Of a stretch of DNA of 64,000 nt, positions 46,259 through 58,067 are shown one piece after another. Origin of the DNA: Epithemia pelagica (Eukaryota > Protista > Bacillariophyta); NCBI GenBank assembly GCA_946965045.2, contig OX337237.1, positions 2,728,001-2,792,000 of the forward strand, given 5' to 3'. Both the position numbers and the translations under genes were made by a program. Numbering within the stretch: the stretch's first letter is position 1; each line of letters starts with the position of its first letter. Under the pieces are notes generated by a model that saw nothing but the letters and a program-made list of their open reading frames with translations, was not told the origin of the DNA and ran no database searches.

Positions 46259-48076
46259 ATGGGTAGGAGCACTACAACCACACCTAGTGCAAGAACCTGG
46301 AGAAGATCTCCCCTTGTCGTGGCCGCTGGTGGTACCATAAACGCACCCTCCTTCTCGAGTTGGTTTTCCTTGTCGTCTCTGCTTCAAGATCCACAGGCCC
46401 GACCGTCTCATCCCGAAGAGGTCTTGCAGCAATTGGCCGAGTACGTTCACGATCTGCGTCAAACTCATGGAGAAGAAGTGCAATGGGATGTCTATGGAGA
46501 TTTTCTGGGCTACGGAGGCGTATCATCCAATCTGACGAATGGTACGACTACAACAATGACACCATCATTTTTGCGTCGTTTTGAACAAGAATTGGCCGAG
46601 GAACTGGGTATGGAGGATGCCGTTTTTATGCCCTCCGGTGTCATGGCACAATCCATTGCTCTGCTGATTCATCGAGACAATCACCCGTTGTTTAAGATGC
46701 AAGACAGTATCAAGGACAATCAAGTTGATAGTAATGACAAGGACCACATGACATCTGCATCACACTGGTCGTTTCGTCCTGCTCGCTTCCTGTGTCATGA
46801 ATCCAGTCACTTGCTGTTGCACGAACAAGATGGATATCGGCACTTGTTGCACATGGAGCCGGTAGTGGTTTCCACCAAATACGACTCCACCGTGCAAGAC
46901 ACGAACGGGCCTTTGGGAGCTACATTTTCTTCGATTCCACCCCTGTCGACATTACGTGTTCAAGAGACGTGGGAACAGCTTCCACCAACCAACGACTCAG
47001 ACAGCAACAACGACCACGGCCCCCTGATTGCCATGATTGTAGAACTTCCACATCGAGAGTTGGGTGGCAAAACAACATCATGGGAAGACTTGGTACAATT
47101 GCAAGACTTTTGCCATTCTCATGACATGGCCTTTCATTGCGATGGTGCTCGCCTTTTGGAAGCCACAGCGGCCTACGATAACAAGGACAATGCGACGGAT
47201 GCGACCGCGACATTGCGAAAACTCACGTCCCTTTTTGATTCCGTGTACTTGTCATGTTACAAGGGTATGGGTGGATCCTTGTCGGGTGGTGTCTTGTTAG
47301 GAACCACCCAATTTTGTGCCAGTGCACGAATCTGGTTGCGACGGTTTGGTGGGAATTTGTACACCTTGTTGCCCATGGTCGTGGCGGCCCGAAAAGGATA
47401 CGAACAAGAATGGAGACAACCATTGCTATCACAGCAGCAGAAAGAACAGCAACATCCAGAAGAACAACGATACAGTGGTAATCCGGACGATACGACATTC
47501 CTATCACGGCCAAGGCTCTTGTCCTTTCGCGACAAGAAGGATAAATTGGTTCGATTGGTAGGGCAGTTGCAATCGCAACCCAGCCTTGCGAACATATTGG
47601 CCTTTGATCCACCAGTACCAGAAACGAATATGGTCCATGTATATCTCCGGAATTGTACGTTGGAGCGCTGTCAAACGGTTGCAGATCAGACACATATTAC
47701 AGTAGAACTTTCCACTGACAAGGAAGACAGGGACAGCCACACGTCGAACGGCGGTGATGATTCACACATTGTCCAGTGGTGGGTGGAATCCAAGGGAGAC
47801 CCAACGACCACTTTAGGTTCGCCAACGTCAAACTCTACCAGACGTGTTTCCTTTCCCTTGATTCGACGATTGCGAGCAGTCGATCCACTGCAACATCCAC
47901 GTGCGGTAGAGCAGGGATATACGGTCATGTTTGAATGGACCATGGGACAAGCCAATGGACAAGTCGATGATGCGATTTACGTGGAGGCCTGGCGACAGTT
48001 TGGTCTACATCTGTCTGTAGCCTCGATTGAGACAACCAATCCAGTCGACGATACCGACTCGACCGACAGCCTGTGA
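46259..48076 (+). CDS. Low-specificity L-threonine aldolase (PLP, beta-eliminating lyase family)
   Basis: Motifs DVYG, AVFMPSGVMAQSIAL, SHLLLHEQDGY, VELPHRELGG, HCDGARLLEA, SCYKGMGG (PLP Lys) and LRRFGGNL. The ORF is open from 45932 and the true start is uncertain. Confidence 0.88.
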   Translation: MGRSTTTTPSARTWRRSPLVVAAGGTINAPSFSSWFSLSSLLQDPQARPSHPEEVLQQLAEYVHDLRQTHGEEVQWDVYGDFLGYGGVSSNLTNGTTTTMTPSFLRRFEQELAEELGMEDAVFMPSGVMAQSIALLIHRDNHPLFKMQDSIKDNQVDSNDKDHMTSASHWSFRPARFLCHESSHLLLHEQDGYRHLLHMEPVVVSTKYDSTVQDTNGPLGATFSSIPPLSTLRVQETWEQLPPTNDSDSNNDHGPLIAMIVELPHRELGGKTTSWEDLVQLQDFCHSHDMAFHCDGARLLEATAAYDNKDNATDATATLRKLTSLFDSVYLSCYKGMGGSLSGGVLLGTTQFCASARIWLRRFGGNLYTLLPMVVAARKGYEQEWRQPLLSQQQKEQQHPEEQRYSGNPDDTTFLSRPRLLSFRDKKDKLVRLVGQLQSQPSLANILAFDPPVPETNMVHVYLRNCTLERCQTVADQTHITVELSTDKEDRDSHTSNGGDDSHIVQWWVESKGDPTTTLGSPTSNSTRRVSFPLIRRLRAVDPLQHPRAVEQGYTVMFEWTMGQANGQVDDAIYVEAWRQFGLHLSVASIETTNPVDDTDSTDSL

Positions 48077-48355
48077 CGACGGATGCTTCCTGGCTTGGAT
48101 CGGGATTCACGAAGCTCAATCTATTCAATCAGTGACCAATGCTCACAGCGCGTTTCGTACATCTGGTTTCAAGAACAGATCCTCTGTAAAGCTCAACAAC
48201 ACAACATCCGAGAGCAAGATGTATGCTTATTCCGAGCTACCCTTTCATTTAACTAACTATTTCTCATTGAGTTCGACAAACCTACCATGAGTTTGGAGTG
48301 CCCACGAAAACACCATCTTCCACAGCTTTCCTGGGACAAGCATCAATCATTGTCA

Positions 48356-51300
48356 CTACAGCAGATCGGCACCGACGGAGGAGACCTTTGTATTCTCAAT
48401 TGTGAATGGCACCAATTTATCCTGTTCTTCTTCCACTGCTGCTTCTGCTTGTTGGTTGTGTTCTTCGTCTGCCGTTATCATCTGTTGTGATACCTCAAAC
48501 TTTGAAATCATGGCAGCCACCACTTCCTGACCACGATTCTCCCATTCCTCACGGTTCTTCATGGCATAACTCAAATACTCATCACTCGAAACACCAAACA
48601 CACCACAATCACTCAACTTCTTGGCCAACGGAATAATGTAAAAGTCAAAAAAGCCGATTTCGCCCTTGTACCAAAACTCGGCCGGGTTCTTTTCGGCGCG
48701 GCCGTTTTTGTACGCGACGTACATTTCAGAGAACAAGCGTTCATTCCACTTGCGGAAAATGTGCCAATGCTGCATGGTATGAGCTACATCAGAAGCCTGG
48801 ATTAAATGTTCAATGACAATGGTGGCCTTGCGGTTGGTGTTGACAATGACAGATTCACCAAGACGACTTCCCTCCGAAAATGCCTTGTCCCACCGCTGGT
48901 TACGCAACTGTTTAAGATCCTTGTCCATGATATCCGTCGCCATGACTCCTGCGAGTATTAGTAGGAAGCATAAACAGAAATCATGGTTGAGAGATTCTGG
49001 TCGATGTGAACACACGTTAAGAAATTGGGGAAGATCGCAAAAACTTACCGTTGACGACAAGTTGGCGGAAACGAGCCATTTCGAATTGGGTTGATCCAAT
49101 AACCGTACGGAGATCTTCAAACTGGTCTTCCATTAGAAGCCCCCACGAAATATCCACAGAGTTTTGCTCGGCCAAACTTTTACCATTGTACCGTTCCACA
49201 AGCTCAGAACTTTCCTTGATGAGTTGACTATTGGGGACGCCAGGATGCTCCACATCGTGAATAAGTGCCGAGAAAACACAGGCAAACTGGGTCAATGGAT
49301 CGGACGTGATTCCATAAGTATGATCGTGAAGTGTCGACTCAAGAACTCCCTTTGTCTCCTCGGTAGTTTGAATGACCCGATCCGATGGTGCAACAATTCG
49401 ACTCATGAGCTTGACTACCGACATTGTCACATGGGAGGCATGTTCAAAATTGTGGAAGGGGTTATCAGGGTACATGTTTGCAATATGGGACACATACTCG
49501 AGAAGCTGGGTCATCACGTTGTTGCTCAAAGGAACCGACGTTTTACCTCGAGAAAGTTTGGCCGAGACAGGATCGAACTCTGGGAGCATAATAACCTCCC
49601 TGACTTCGTCCAACACAGTGTGGGATTTTGGTGAGGTTGCCGAACCAATATCGTCGAGAATGCTTTCATTCTTCACGGTACCTCGGCGGCGAGAGGTTTT
49701 CTCTTTTGCTTCTCGTCGAGATACGATCTGTTTCAACAATTTGGCGAGGATCTCAACGTTCCAGTCGACAAGTCGTCTGGTCTTCTCGTCCATGGACTGA
49801 ATGGGCAGATCCTTGTCTTCACTTCCTGCTCCCGCTCCTACACGCATGGTGGGCTCCACCCAGTATGTTTGGATCTTTCCCTTTCCTTTGGCATCAATTA
49901 CCCCATCGCGCTTCGTGACCCAGTGCGACTTTCCAGCTTTGATCAACATATCGACTGTAGTTTGACTGATGTGAATCTTCGAAACTTGACCAGTACTCTC
50001 CATTCGTGCAGCTGTGTTGACCGTGTCTCCAAAAAGTTGGAATCGAGACCGTTCACCTCGTAGAACGCCTGCAGTCACGGGCCCTGAGTTGAGACCAATA
50101 CGAATTTCGAGATCGGCTGTATCGGGACCCAAAGTTCTTCCCAGTTTTTTCACTAGCTCGCTCGTCTTCTCGCGTACATCTCGAGCGAATTTTGTCATTA
50201 CGACCGCATGGTCGGCTCTTGGCTCGGGAAGCCCCGCAACAGCAACGTACGAGTCACCGATCGTTTCAACCTTGAAGACCCCACGGCGAGCAGCAAGTTT
50301 GTCGTATGAGCCATACAGTGTTTCTAGCAACGTAAATACCTGAGCTGGCTCACGGACAGAGCTCCATGCTGTGAAATTGGCAATATCCACAAACACTGTC
50401 GAAGGAGGTTTGCCGAACAAAAGGCGTAAGCTGTGTAAGCGTTATGAACCAACACCAAGAAGACAGAGAAAGAAGAATGCATCTGAGACTTACTAACGGT
50501 TGTTTCCGAGAAAAGCTCAGCAATGGGGACATTGTCATCACTTTTCACAACAGGAGACGTGATTTCGTCCTTTTCGTCGTCGCTACGAAGAAACTGTTGC
50601 AGACGAAGCTTGGCGGTGGATATGCGCTCTTTTGGGTTGGATGAGTCTTGGGAGGGAAAAATCCTGTCTCGAACAACCTGTGGAAAAAGGTTCGACACCA
50701 CAGCCCTTGACTGCAGTGCAACCGATAAAACCTTCTTTTGTCGTCTTTCACTCACGCAATCGTACACCAAGAAAAACAACGAAGTGAAGATGAAAATTGC
50801 AACGGTCACGAGGGTGAAAATGAGCGGATCGTTTGATTCGTGTTCATCTCTCATCTTGTCTGAAGGATACAGGCGGATCCAGTACGGACAATAGTCTTCT
50901 ATCAACTGAAATCCGGTGTACTGGCGCTCTCTCAATCCCTTCAATCCCAGTGTGGCCATGTATGAAAACTTCTCGTAACTGTCATAGTCCGAGTCATGCA
51001 GATCGCCTTCGCCAAGATAGATGACATCAGGACCGTTAATCTTGAAGGTCAGAGTTTGGTTACAATCGTTTCCAATCACTGCAATAAGACCTTGAGAGCC
51101 TGGTCCCAGAAGATTATCAAAAATCTTGCGCCAAAAGATGGTCATGGCAATCACTCCAACCACTGGGTGGTTTTCAGCGTCGAGATTGGACGCTCCGAGA
51201 ACATCTGTTGCATTCGCAACGATTGGGTAGTAGAATGGGAAAAGCGGCTCGGACGGATCAACGTCGGTGCCAATGAGATCAGCCACCCAGTTGATGGTAC

Positions 51301-52234
51301 CCTCGGTAGGGGGTAGATTTAGGGTCTTTCCCATCACGACAAGTCGTCGTTCTTCCATGACATCCAATTCCTCTGAATATTCTCTGTACAAATCCCAGCC
51401 CCAAGCTGATGAAGACTCGTGTGAGATGATTTAGCTATCAGTCGAGCTTTGAAAACAGGATTACTTACCTCCCCACCGAGGCACAATAGGAGAGGCTTGC
51501 CACGTTGGAAAGTACATGGAATTGTTTGGCGATATTCCGTCGTTGGTATGAATGTGGGGGTAATCGTAGTAGCTGTCCAAGTTGGTGCCCTTGAAGAATG
51601 GATTGCTTTTCTGAATCACCAGACTTTCATCGACCCATCCTTGGTTCTCGAAACCATACTGTTCCCAGGCTGCTCGGTCTTCATGCATTACTTTGGGATA
51701 GACGGCGATAATGGATGCCCTCGAAAGAGTCAAAATCTTCTGGGCCTTGACAGCAAAGTCCGGGATTGTTACAAAAGGCCATGTGGTGTTGCTATACTTT
51801 TGATGAGACACGGCACTCCCCATGAGGTCATCGTTGGCCCCGAGACATTGATCGAACACACTACCAATCGAATCAAAGGCCTTGTCACTACTGTCTCGAA
51901 AGTCGTCTTCAAATGAGCTCGTCTCGGAGTTGCTTACATAAAAGAAGACTCCAATCGCCACACACGCAGTCACCGAGATCAAAAGAAAGACCACGAGAAT
52001 TCGGACAAGCCGGACGGCCATTGATTCATGCTGGGCAATACTATCTTGTGGGCTCGTTGCCTCTGCCACATCTTGCTCCTCCTTCGATCGAACAGATATG
52101 TCGACCCCCTCGCTCACATCGTCATCTTCGAAGAGAGACACATCGTTATCTTCTGAAGGAGACATGCTCAGTCTATTTTGTGATTTACCCCTGGCCCAAA
52201 TAGATGGCAAAGAAAATTTTGACAAGAGCGACAT
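48356..52234 (-). CDS. Receptor-type adenylate/guanylate cyclase fused to an HD-type phosphodiesterase domain (~1205 aa)
   Basis: Exons 52234-51469, 51405-50494, 50395-49049 and 48948-48356 (3618 nt, in frame). Two TM segments flank a CHASE-like region. Cyclase motifs TVMFVDIANFTAW, KVETIGDSY and FQLFGDTVNTAARMES; PDE motifs FHNFEHASH, HDVEHPG and ASDVAHTMQHW. Confidence 0.92.
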
Positions 52235-52830
52235 AAAACCGTTGTAGCTTACTCCAATCCATACAAGTATTTTTTGTTCGCCCCGTACCCAGTAACGATC
52301 GGACGCAAGACGCAGAATTGTGAATTATTGTGAAAGTGAATTAATTGTGAGGACTCATGTTTTTGTGTCGTTCGAGATATATAATATATTACTCCTATAT
52401 GGGTATAATCATCTTCGAAGAGAGACACATCGTTATCTTCTGAAGGAGACATGCTCAGTCTATTTTGTGATTTACCCATGGCCCGCATCGTACCGCCCCG
52501 GTCAAGAAGGGACCGACGGACGAACGATGAAGAGGACATCGATCCCAGTGAGATCTCAAGAGCAAGAAGTGGTTGGGACGGTCATTCCTATGACCGTCCC
52601 AACAAAAGTTCAGCAATCATAAATTGTTGGAAAGAAGAAGAGCACAGTCTTCAAGGATTTGATCACCCATTGGTTCTGTGTATTCGCGAAGGTGTCGGTG
52701 TCCTCAGAAGAGAGAGGAACTAGTACCAAATAGATGGCAAAGAAAATTATGACAAGATACCGGATCTCGACCTCAGACTCATGTTTTTGTGTCGTTCGAG
52801 ATATATGATATATTACTCCTATATGGGTAT
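52120..52830. repeat. Scrambled partial duplications of the cyclase start/upstream region
   Basis: A ~70-bp block at 52123-52190 repeats at 52411-52478. CAAATAGATGGCAAAGAAAATT occurs at ~52197 and ~52727. GACTCATGTTTTTGTGTCGTTCGAGATAT...GGGTATAAT occurs at ~52352 and ~52777. Confidence 0.85.
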
Positions 52831-53128
52831 AATTATAATAGGTTTCATTAGGCCCAATAGAGAATCATTTGAATAATTCTAGACTGTGAAGAACGTCTTT
52901 TCCCCGAAAGAGAAGGGTACTGGGTAGGAGCACTGGTACTGCCCCCGAAATATTATTTTATCCGTAGGAGTATTACTATATATTGGAACTCTACTGTAAC
53001 TCATAACCCCCAAGTCCTACAATATAACCTGTCGGTTGAGAATTACACATCCATTTAAGACGAAATTTGTCCGAGGGTAGGCCCCGGCTCATGAACTCTC
53101 GACACAAACCTATTCTCAGTCCGTATAT

Positions 53129-55763
53129 CGGACTCTATACACCCTTTTTGACTGAATTCAGTCTGGATTTGAAACCTCATCACTCCACGAATATTACGAA
53201 TCAAGAGAAATGGTTGATTCCATCGTGTAGACCTCGAAAAGAGCTTTCTAAGTAGTAGTAATGTTATTCACAAATTCCTGTAACAAAAAAAGATACGAGC
53301 TTCTGGAATGGGTAGTCGATGGGGGTGATTTTTCCGGCTGATTTCAGCTCGGTGTTGAAAGATTGTTTTCTCTTGATGAAAGATGATACCCAAAACATTC
53401 ACTGCATCTATACACTCCTGGAGTGCATGAGCAGTAGGTACGCACCCTCTTGTCGCAGCCAGAGCATTTGTGTTGTGGATAATCTGATACTGCATTCACA
53501 ATTCTCACCCCAGAAAATTTTTTTCCCTTCGGCAACGTGGTGAGAGTGTGACCTTGTTCTCGTGATCTTCTCCTCTTCAAATCAGGTGTCATGTCCTCCT
53601 CTTCTTGAAAATAATCATTGAAGATGAGTTGCCCTGCAAGCTGCTTCCTGAATTCAATCTGTCCAATTTTATCATACTTGGCAAAATACTGGAGGCCCAG
53701 GTTTACGTTCACTTCTGTCACGGCCAAAAGGAATGCAAACACACGGTTTGGCCACCACTTTGTTCCCCATGTTTCTTCTATGCTGATTGGGGAGTGTCTC
53801 TTATTGTTGTGGTCATCTACTGAGTGTCTGTAGAGGAAGTGATTTCCAACAACTTCCGGATACTGAAAAGACTTTTGCTGCTTTGTACCACTCTCAACCC
53901 AGTCTCGACGAGTTGTCTTCCCTGTCCGCTGATTAGTGCCATATGTAGACATTAATGACATCACATAATCAGGTTCCTTCATAGCATACACATGGAAATC
54001 AACTTCATCCATGCATCCTTTCCAAGCATCACAATCTCCAACAGACTTGTCGTTGAAATGGTCCTTGATGTCGTCTCCACGAATGAATTTTGGCCAGTAG
54101 CGACGCTTCTTGATAAGGGCTGATGCAAAAACACCCCTTTTCTTCAGCTCAACAATCCCTTTGAGAACACAAAAGCCACTGTCCAGAATTACAACACAGG
54201 CATAGCCAAAAATTGGAGCAAGTATTCGCAACAATAAGCCAACGGTATTGCCCAGATTTTGGTGCAGAGGTTGTGGCCGTTGTCGTGGTGCATCCTTCCC
54301 TTCGACCAATTCTAATCCCCACAGAATACCAGAGAGAGAGCAACACACTGTGTGATATTCATTTCCAAATGGATGTGGCTTCCGTGGGACAAACATCCAT
54401 CCCGGACATGTGTACTTGTTTGTCCACACTGACATCGATTCATCAAGACAATTTACCCAGCTTGGAGTAAATTGTTGCTCCATGTTTTTATTCCACATTT
54501 CAAGCATTTGCCGAACCTCCCAGAAGCGGTCACTATAGGGGGGTGGTGCATTGTTTGTGTAGTAGATGGCGCGCAATATTGCATCAAATCGCTTTCTGGA
54601 CATGATGTCGTTCAAACGCCATGGAGCACCCTTGAATCTATTGATCTCCCCCAATGACCAGAATGAGTTACGATCAGGGCCATGGATTGTTGACATGAGA
54701 AGCCAAACACCTATCCATCGCAAGAACTCTCCGTACGACATGCTCCTCTGACCCAGATTTGTAAGACGCTTGTTGGTCTCAACAATTATGACTTCCTTGA
54801 CGAAGGATGTAAAAAAAAACATTTCCCACACGACAAATAATGTTGGAGTTGCAGAACTGGGAAAATTGAGTCGAGCTGGGAGCTTTCTTCCTCCCTCCAT
54901 GGAGCGGTAGCAGCTACCTGAATGCTCCCAAGCTGAGAAGATGCCATCCGTGTTCTCGTTCGGAAGTGGAACATTTTCAGGTGCCGGTTGATTGTCGTCG
55001 TCAATCATATCAGGCACCATATTCCGTACAACAGCTGTATCATCAACAGAAAGATTTCTTCCACCAGAGGCATCAATGAGATCCTGAATCTCATTGGGAA
55101 TTTCGTGGCCATTGTCTTCCCTTTCGCCATTCGATTGACCGGTGTTGCTCGTCTGCTGCTCTGTGGTGGCGGTTGTGTTTGCAGTACTTGAAGAGGTGGC
55201 CGTGCTACCACTTTGATGTATTCCTGCTTCTTGTTCATTAGCAAAAACACCTTCTGGATTGCCTTCTTCTGTCACATGAACAAAGCGATGGATCGCCCAA
55301 CATTCAAACGGTTCGGCAAAATCACCGCGTGCTGGGTGCTGGAACACAACAACTCTCTTCTCTTCTCTACGGATTTTCCTCATTGCCTCTTCCACCACAA
55401 TCAACCCACTTGCCCTGTCATCTTTAGTGGAATTAGGATAGGCCTTGGCAATTTGATCCTTTGGATGCAGCCTTGAAACAAGGACAGCTCCTTTTGCACC
55501 ACTGCCGAGACGAAGTCTCATTTTTCTGTGTTTGGGCGCACAATACACACACCAAAAATTTTGGAGCAACCAATGTGGATCGAATGCTCAACAGCCAACA
55601 ATCAAACAACTTTCTCCTTTTGCACTAGTCCTCTCAAGTAAGTAAACAACAAGTATCTAAAATGCCATTGCCATTGAGTTTGATTGTCGTGCTCTAGCAA
55701 CTTTCTACGATTGACTGAATTCAGCCCATGCGGCTGAATTCAGCCAGGGGTGGAGAATATCCG
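53129..55763 (-). mobile_element. piggyBac-like DNA transposon (2635 bp) flanked by ATAT
   Basis: Ends read CGGA-N7-CACCC-N3-5-GRCTGAATTCAGYC in inverted orientation. ATAT at 53125-53128 and 55764-55767. Confidence 0.75.
53344..55521 (-). CDS. piggyBac-family (DDE_Tnp_1_7-like) transposase, uninterrupted
   Basis: Motifs CLDESM, RKPHPFGNEYH, ILDSGF and YRHSVDDHNNKR, plus a C-terminal Cys-rich CSGC...CSC...CSECFGYH domain. First ATG at 55521. Confidence 0.9.
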   Translation of the reverse strand: MRLRLGSGAKGAVLVSRLHPKDQIAKAYPNSTKDDRASGLIVVEEAMRKIRREEKRVVVFQHPARGDFAEPFECWAIHRFVHVTEEGNPEGVFANEQEAGIHQSGSTATSSSTANTTATTEQQTSNTGQSNGEREDNGHEIPNEIQDLIDASGGRNLSVDDTAVVRNMVPDMIDDDNQPAPENVPLPNENTDGIFSAWEHSGSCYRSMEGGRKLPARLNFPSSATPTLFVVWEMFFFTSFVKEVIIVETNKRLTNLGQRSMSYGEFLRWIGVWLLMSTIHGPDRNSFWSLGEINRFKGAPWRLNDIMSRKRFDAILRAIYYTNNAPPPYSDRFWEVRQMLEMWNKNMEQQFTPSWVNCLDESMSVWTNKYTCPGWMFVPRKPHPFGNEYHTVCCSLSGILWGLELVEGKDAPRQRPQPLHQNLGNTVGLLLRILAPIFGYACVVILDSGFCVLKGIVELKKRGVFASALIKKRRYWPKFIRGDDIKDHFNDKSVGDCDAWKGCMDEVDFHVYAMKEPDYVMSLMSTYGTNQRTGKTTRRDWVESGTKQQKSFQYPEVVGNHFLYRHSVDDHNNKRHSPISIEETWGTKWWPNRVFAFLLAVTEVNVNLGLQYFAKYDKIGQIEFRKQLAGQLIFNDYFQEEEDMTPDLKRRRSREQGHTLTTLPKGKKFSGVRIVNAVSDYPQHKCSGCDKRVRTYCSCTPGVYRCSECFGYHLSSRENNLSTPS

Positions 55764-55933
55764 ATATATATATATATGTCCATACATGTGTATGATATAT
55801 CACCCCCCATAGAGGAAGGAAAAAGCTCCTCTCGTTCTCTAGCTCTACCGCTCCTCGTCTTCTCTCTCCTTGGCCTTTCACCTGCGCCCTCTCTCTCCCT
55901 CTCTCTTCTTGTCCTTTCACCCGCGTCCTGACC

Positions 55934-57994
55934 ATGGCCAACAATCTGGGAAAGGAGATGGAGAAAGCCTTTGCTGAAGTTGAGGCCGGGTTGGCCCGAA
56001 ACGATGACTCCAGCTCAGAGGAAGACGTCCCAACCCAGGTCCCAACGCCACCTCAAGCCATCACTCAGGGACCTCAGGACTTGTCCATTCAATTGAATGT
56101 AACGAAGTCCAACATCCCTCCCTCACCCAAAGCAACTACAAGCGTTCCACCTGTACGGCGTGAGTCACCTCGACTCCACCTCCAGAGACTCAAGGAAGAA
56201 CAGAAGCAACAGAAGAAAGCAGCACCAAAAAAGAAAAGCAAGACGTCGCCCACCCTTCCTCCTAAAGCCTCCAATAAAACAACAACAACGTCTAACACAA
56301 CAACCAAAGGAAACAAAGGAAAAGCACCCAAAACAACAAAGGGGAATGGAGGACCAGGTCGATTTCGAGGGAGAAACTTCACAGAGGACGAGACTTGGTA
56401 CCTTCTGGACATCATTTTGGCGGTCGAACCTGCTGGGCAACACGATTGGGACAGGGTCACCGAAGCATACAACGAACACTTCAACGACCCTGAGCGCATG
56501 AGAGACCGGGAATCACTGAAGCGCCATTTTGGAGCGCTTCATGGGAGGAAGATCCCCACAGGAGACCCTGACTGTCCAAAAGAAGTCAAGGCAGCAAAGC
56601 GTATTTTAATCGAAATACAACAACGGTGCAACGTGGGAGAAAAGCCAGGAAAGAGAGACTTGGGGTTCGACTCCTCGTCTACAGACGAGAGCCTACAAGA
56701 CGGAGATGCTGACTATGGAGAAGACGATGATGAAGAGGAAGAAGACAACCATGGAGAAAAACAAGACAAACGAGACAAACAAGACAATCTCGAGACACCG
56801 AGAACAAGTCTCTCGAAGCCACTTCGCTCGGCTACGAAGAAGCGTCGCAAACATGCGACGGAGAATGAAGACGGAACTGATGCCATCATGAAATACATGA
56901 TGGTATCACAACAACAACGCCAAGAAGCCGACGAAAAGGATGGCAGAATTCTCACCAACAACTAGGTTGTGGTGGAATCTACAACTCATCGACTGATGCT
57001 TGTATTTTATGGCATCCGATGACATTTTTGTAAAATTGAGAAAAGAATGACGGCATGCTCGCAGACCTTTTAATTACGGCCAAGGCATGCTCACAATGCA
57101 CGCGTTATGAGCGACCGATCGGATATTAATTATGGCCCAACACGTGCGCGCCCATTATTCTCAAGCGTGCGCAATCAATATCCGAGTACGCACCTCCATG
57201 ACTTAGCCCAACGGCCTAAGTAACCGAAGCACGAATCACGATCACGCGAGACCATATCTCTATTCCCACAAATCAAAGAATGCAAACAGCAACGCGCCAA
57301 GGAAACTACCTATATCATGACAAAGCAAGAGCTGTTGGCATTGGTATATGATATACAAGTGCATATACTTCCAATATACAATATCCATGTCTACTCCAAC
57401 CATACCAGTCCTGTCAGCGCCATGAATATATCAGTCATGCACCCTGACCAGACCTGCACACCCACACACACACCGTAGTCCTAAAGCTCACAATCATTAA
57501 CATTACCATATCATCACGTCCTCAGTGTCCTGACTATCCCTACAATAGAGCCCTTGGGTTTCCTTTGTTCTCTGACCCGTGGAGAACCTTGGTATCAGTT
57601 GGTAATCGATTGTGGCTCTTCTAGAGTGTGTATTGACGGAATTCTACTAAAGGAAAGGGCCTTTCGTCGAGAGAAAGAAGACGAGCGACGAGAAAGAGAG
57701 GACGCACGTGCACAGCAGGCAATGGCGATGCAACAATCAATGTTTCAGATGATGATGCAGCAGCAGACCAACATGCTGATGCTGCTGGCGCCCAGGGGAC
57801 AACAGTTCCAACAACAACAGGTCCAACCACAGCAGCTCCAACACGAACTGGTCCAACCACAACCACAGCAGCTCCAACACGAACTGGTCCAACCACAAAA
57901 CATAACGGCGGAGCCAGCAACCCACGAAGACCACGCTAGGACTACGAGCGACGATACAAACAACAACAAGAACATGGAAGAACATGAAGATTAG
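55934..57994 (+). pseudogene. PIF/Harbinger Myb/SANT-like accessory gene split by a solo LTR
   Basis: RGRNFTEDE..LLD.....P.G...W..V...YN...R..ESLKRHF..L...KIPTGDPDCP. Joining 55934-56940 to 57655-57994 gives 449 in-frame codons (...EADEK-ERAFRREKE...). Confidence 0.8.
56941..57649 (+). mobile_element. Solo Copia LTR (709 bp)
   Basis: AAGGA TSD (56936-56940, 57650-57654). Termini TGGCAGAATTC...GAATTCTACTA. Homologous to LTR 287-1010. Confidence 0.9.
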
Positions 57995-58067
57995 ATTAAG
58001 GATTATAGTAGTACTACAATTGATACCCATGTTGGCTCGTAAGAAATAGAGACGGATAAAAAGTAGT

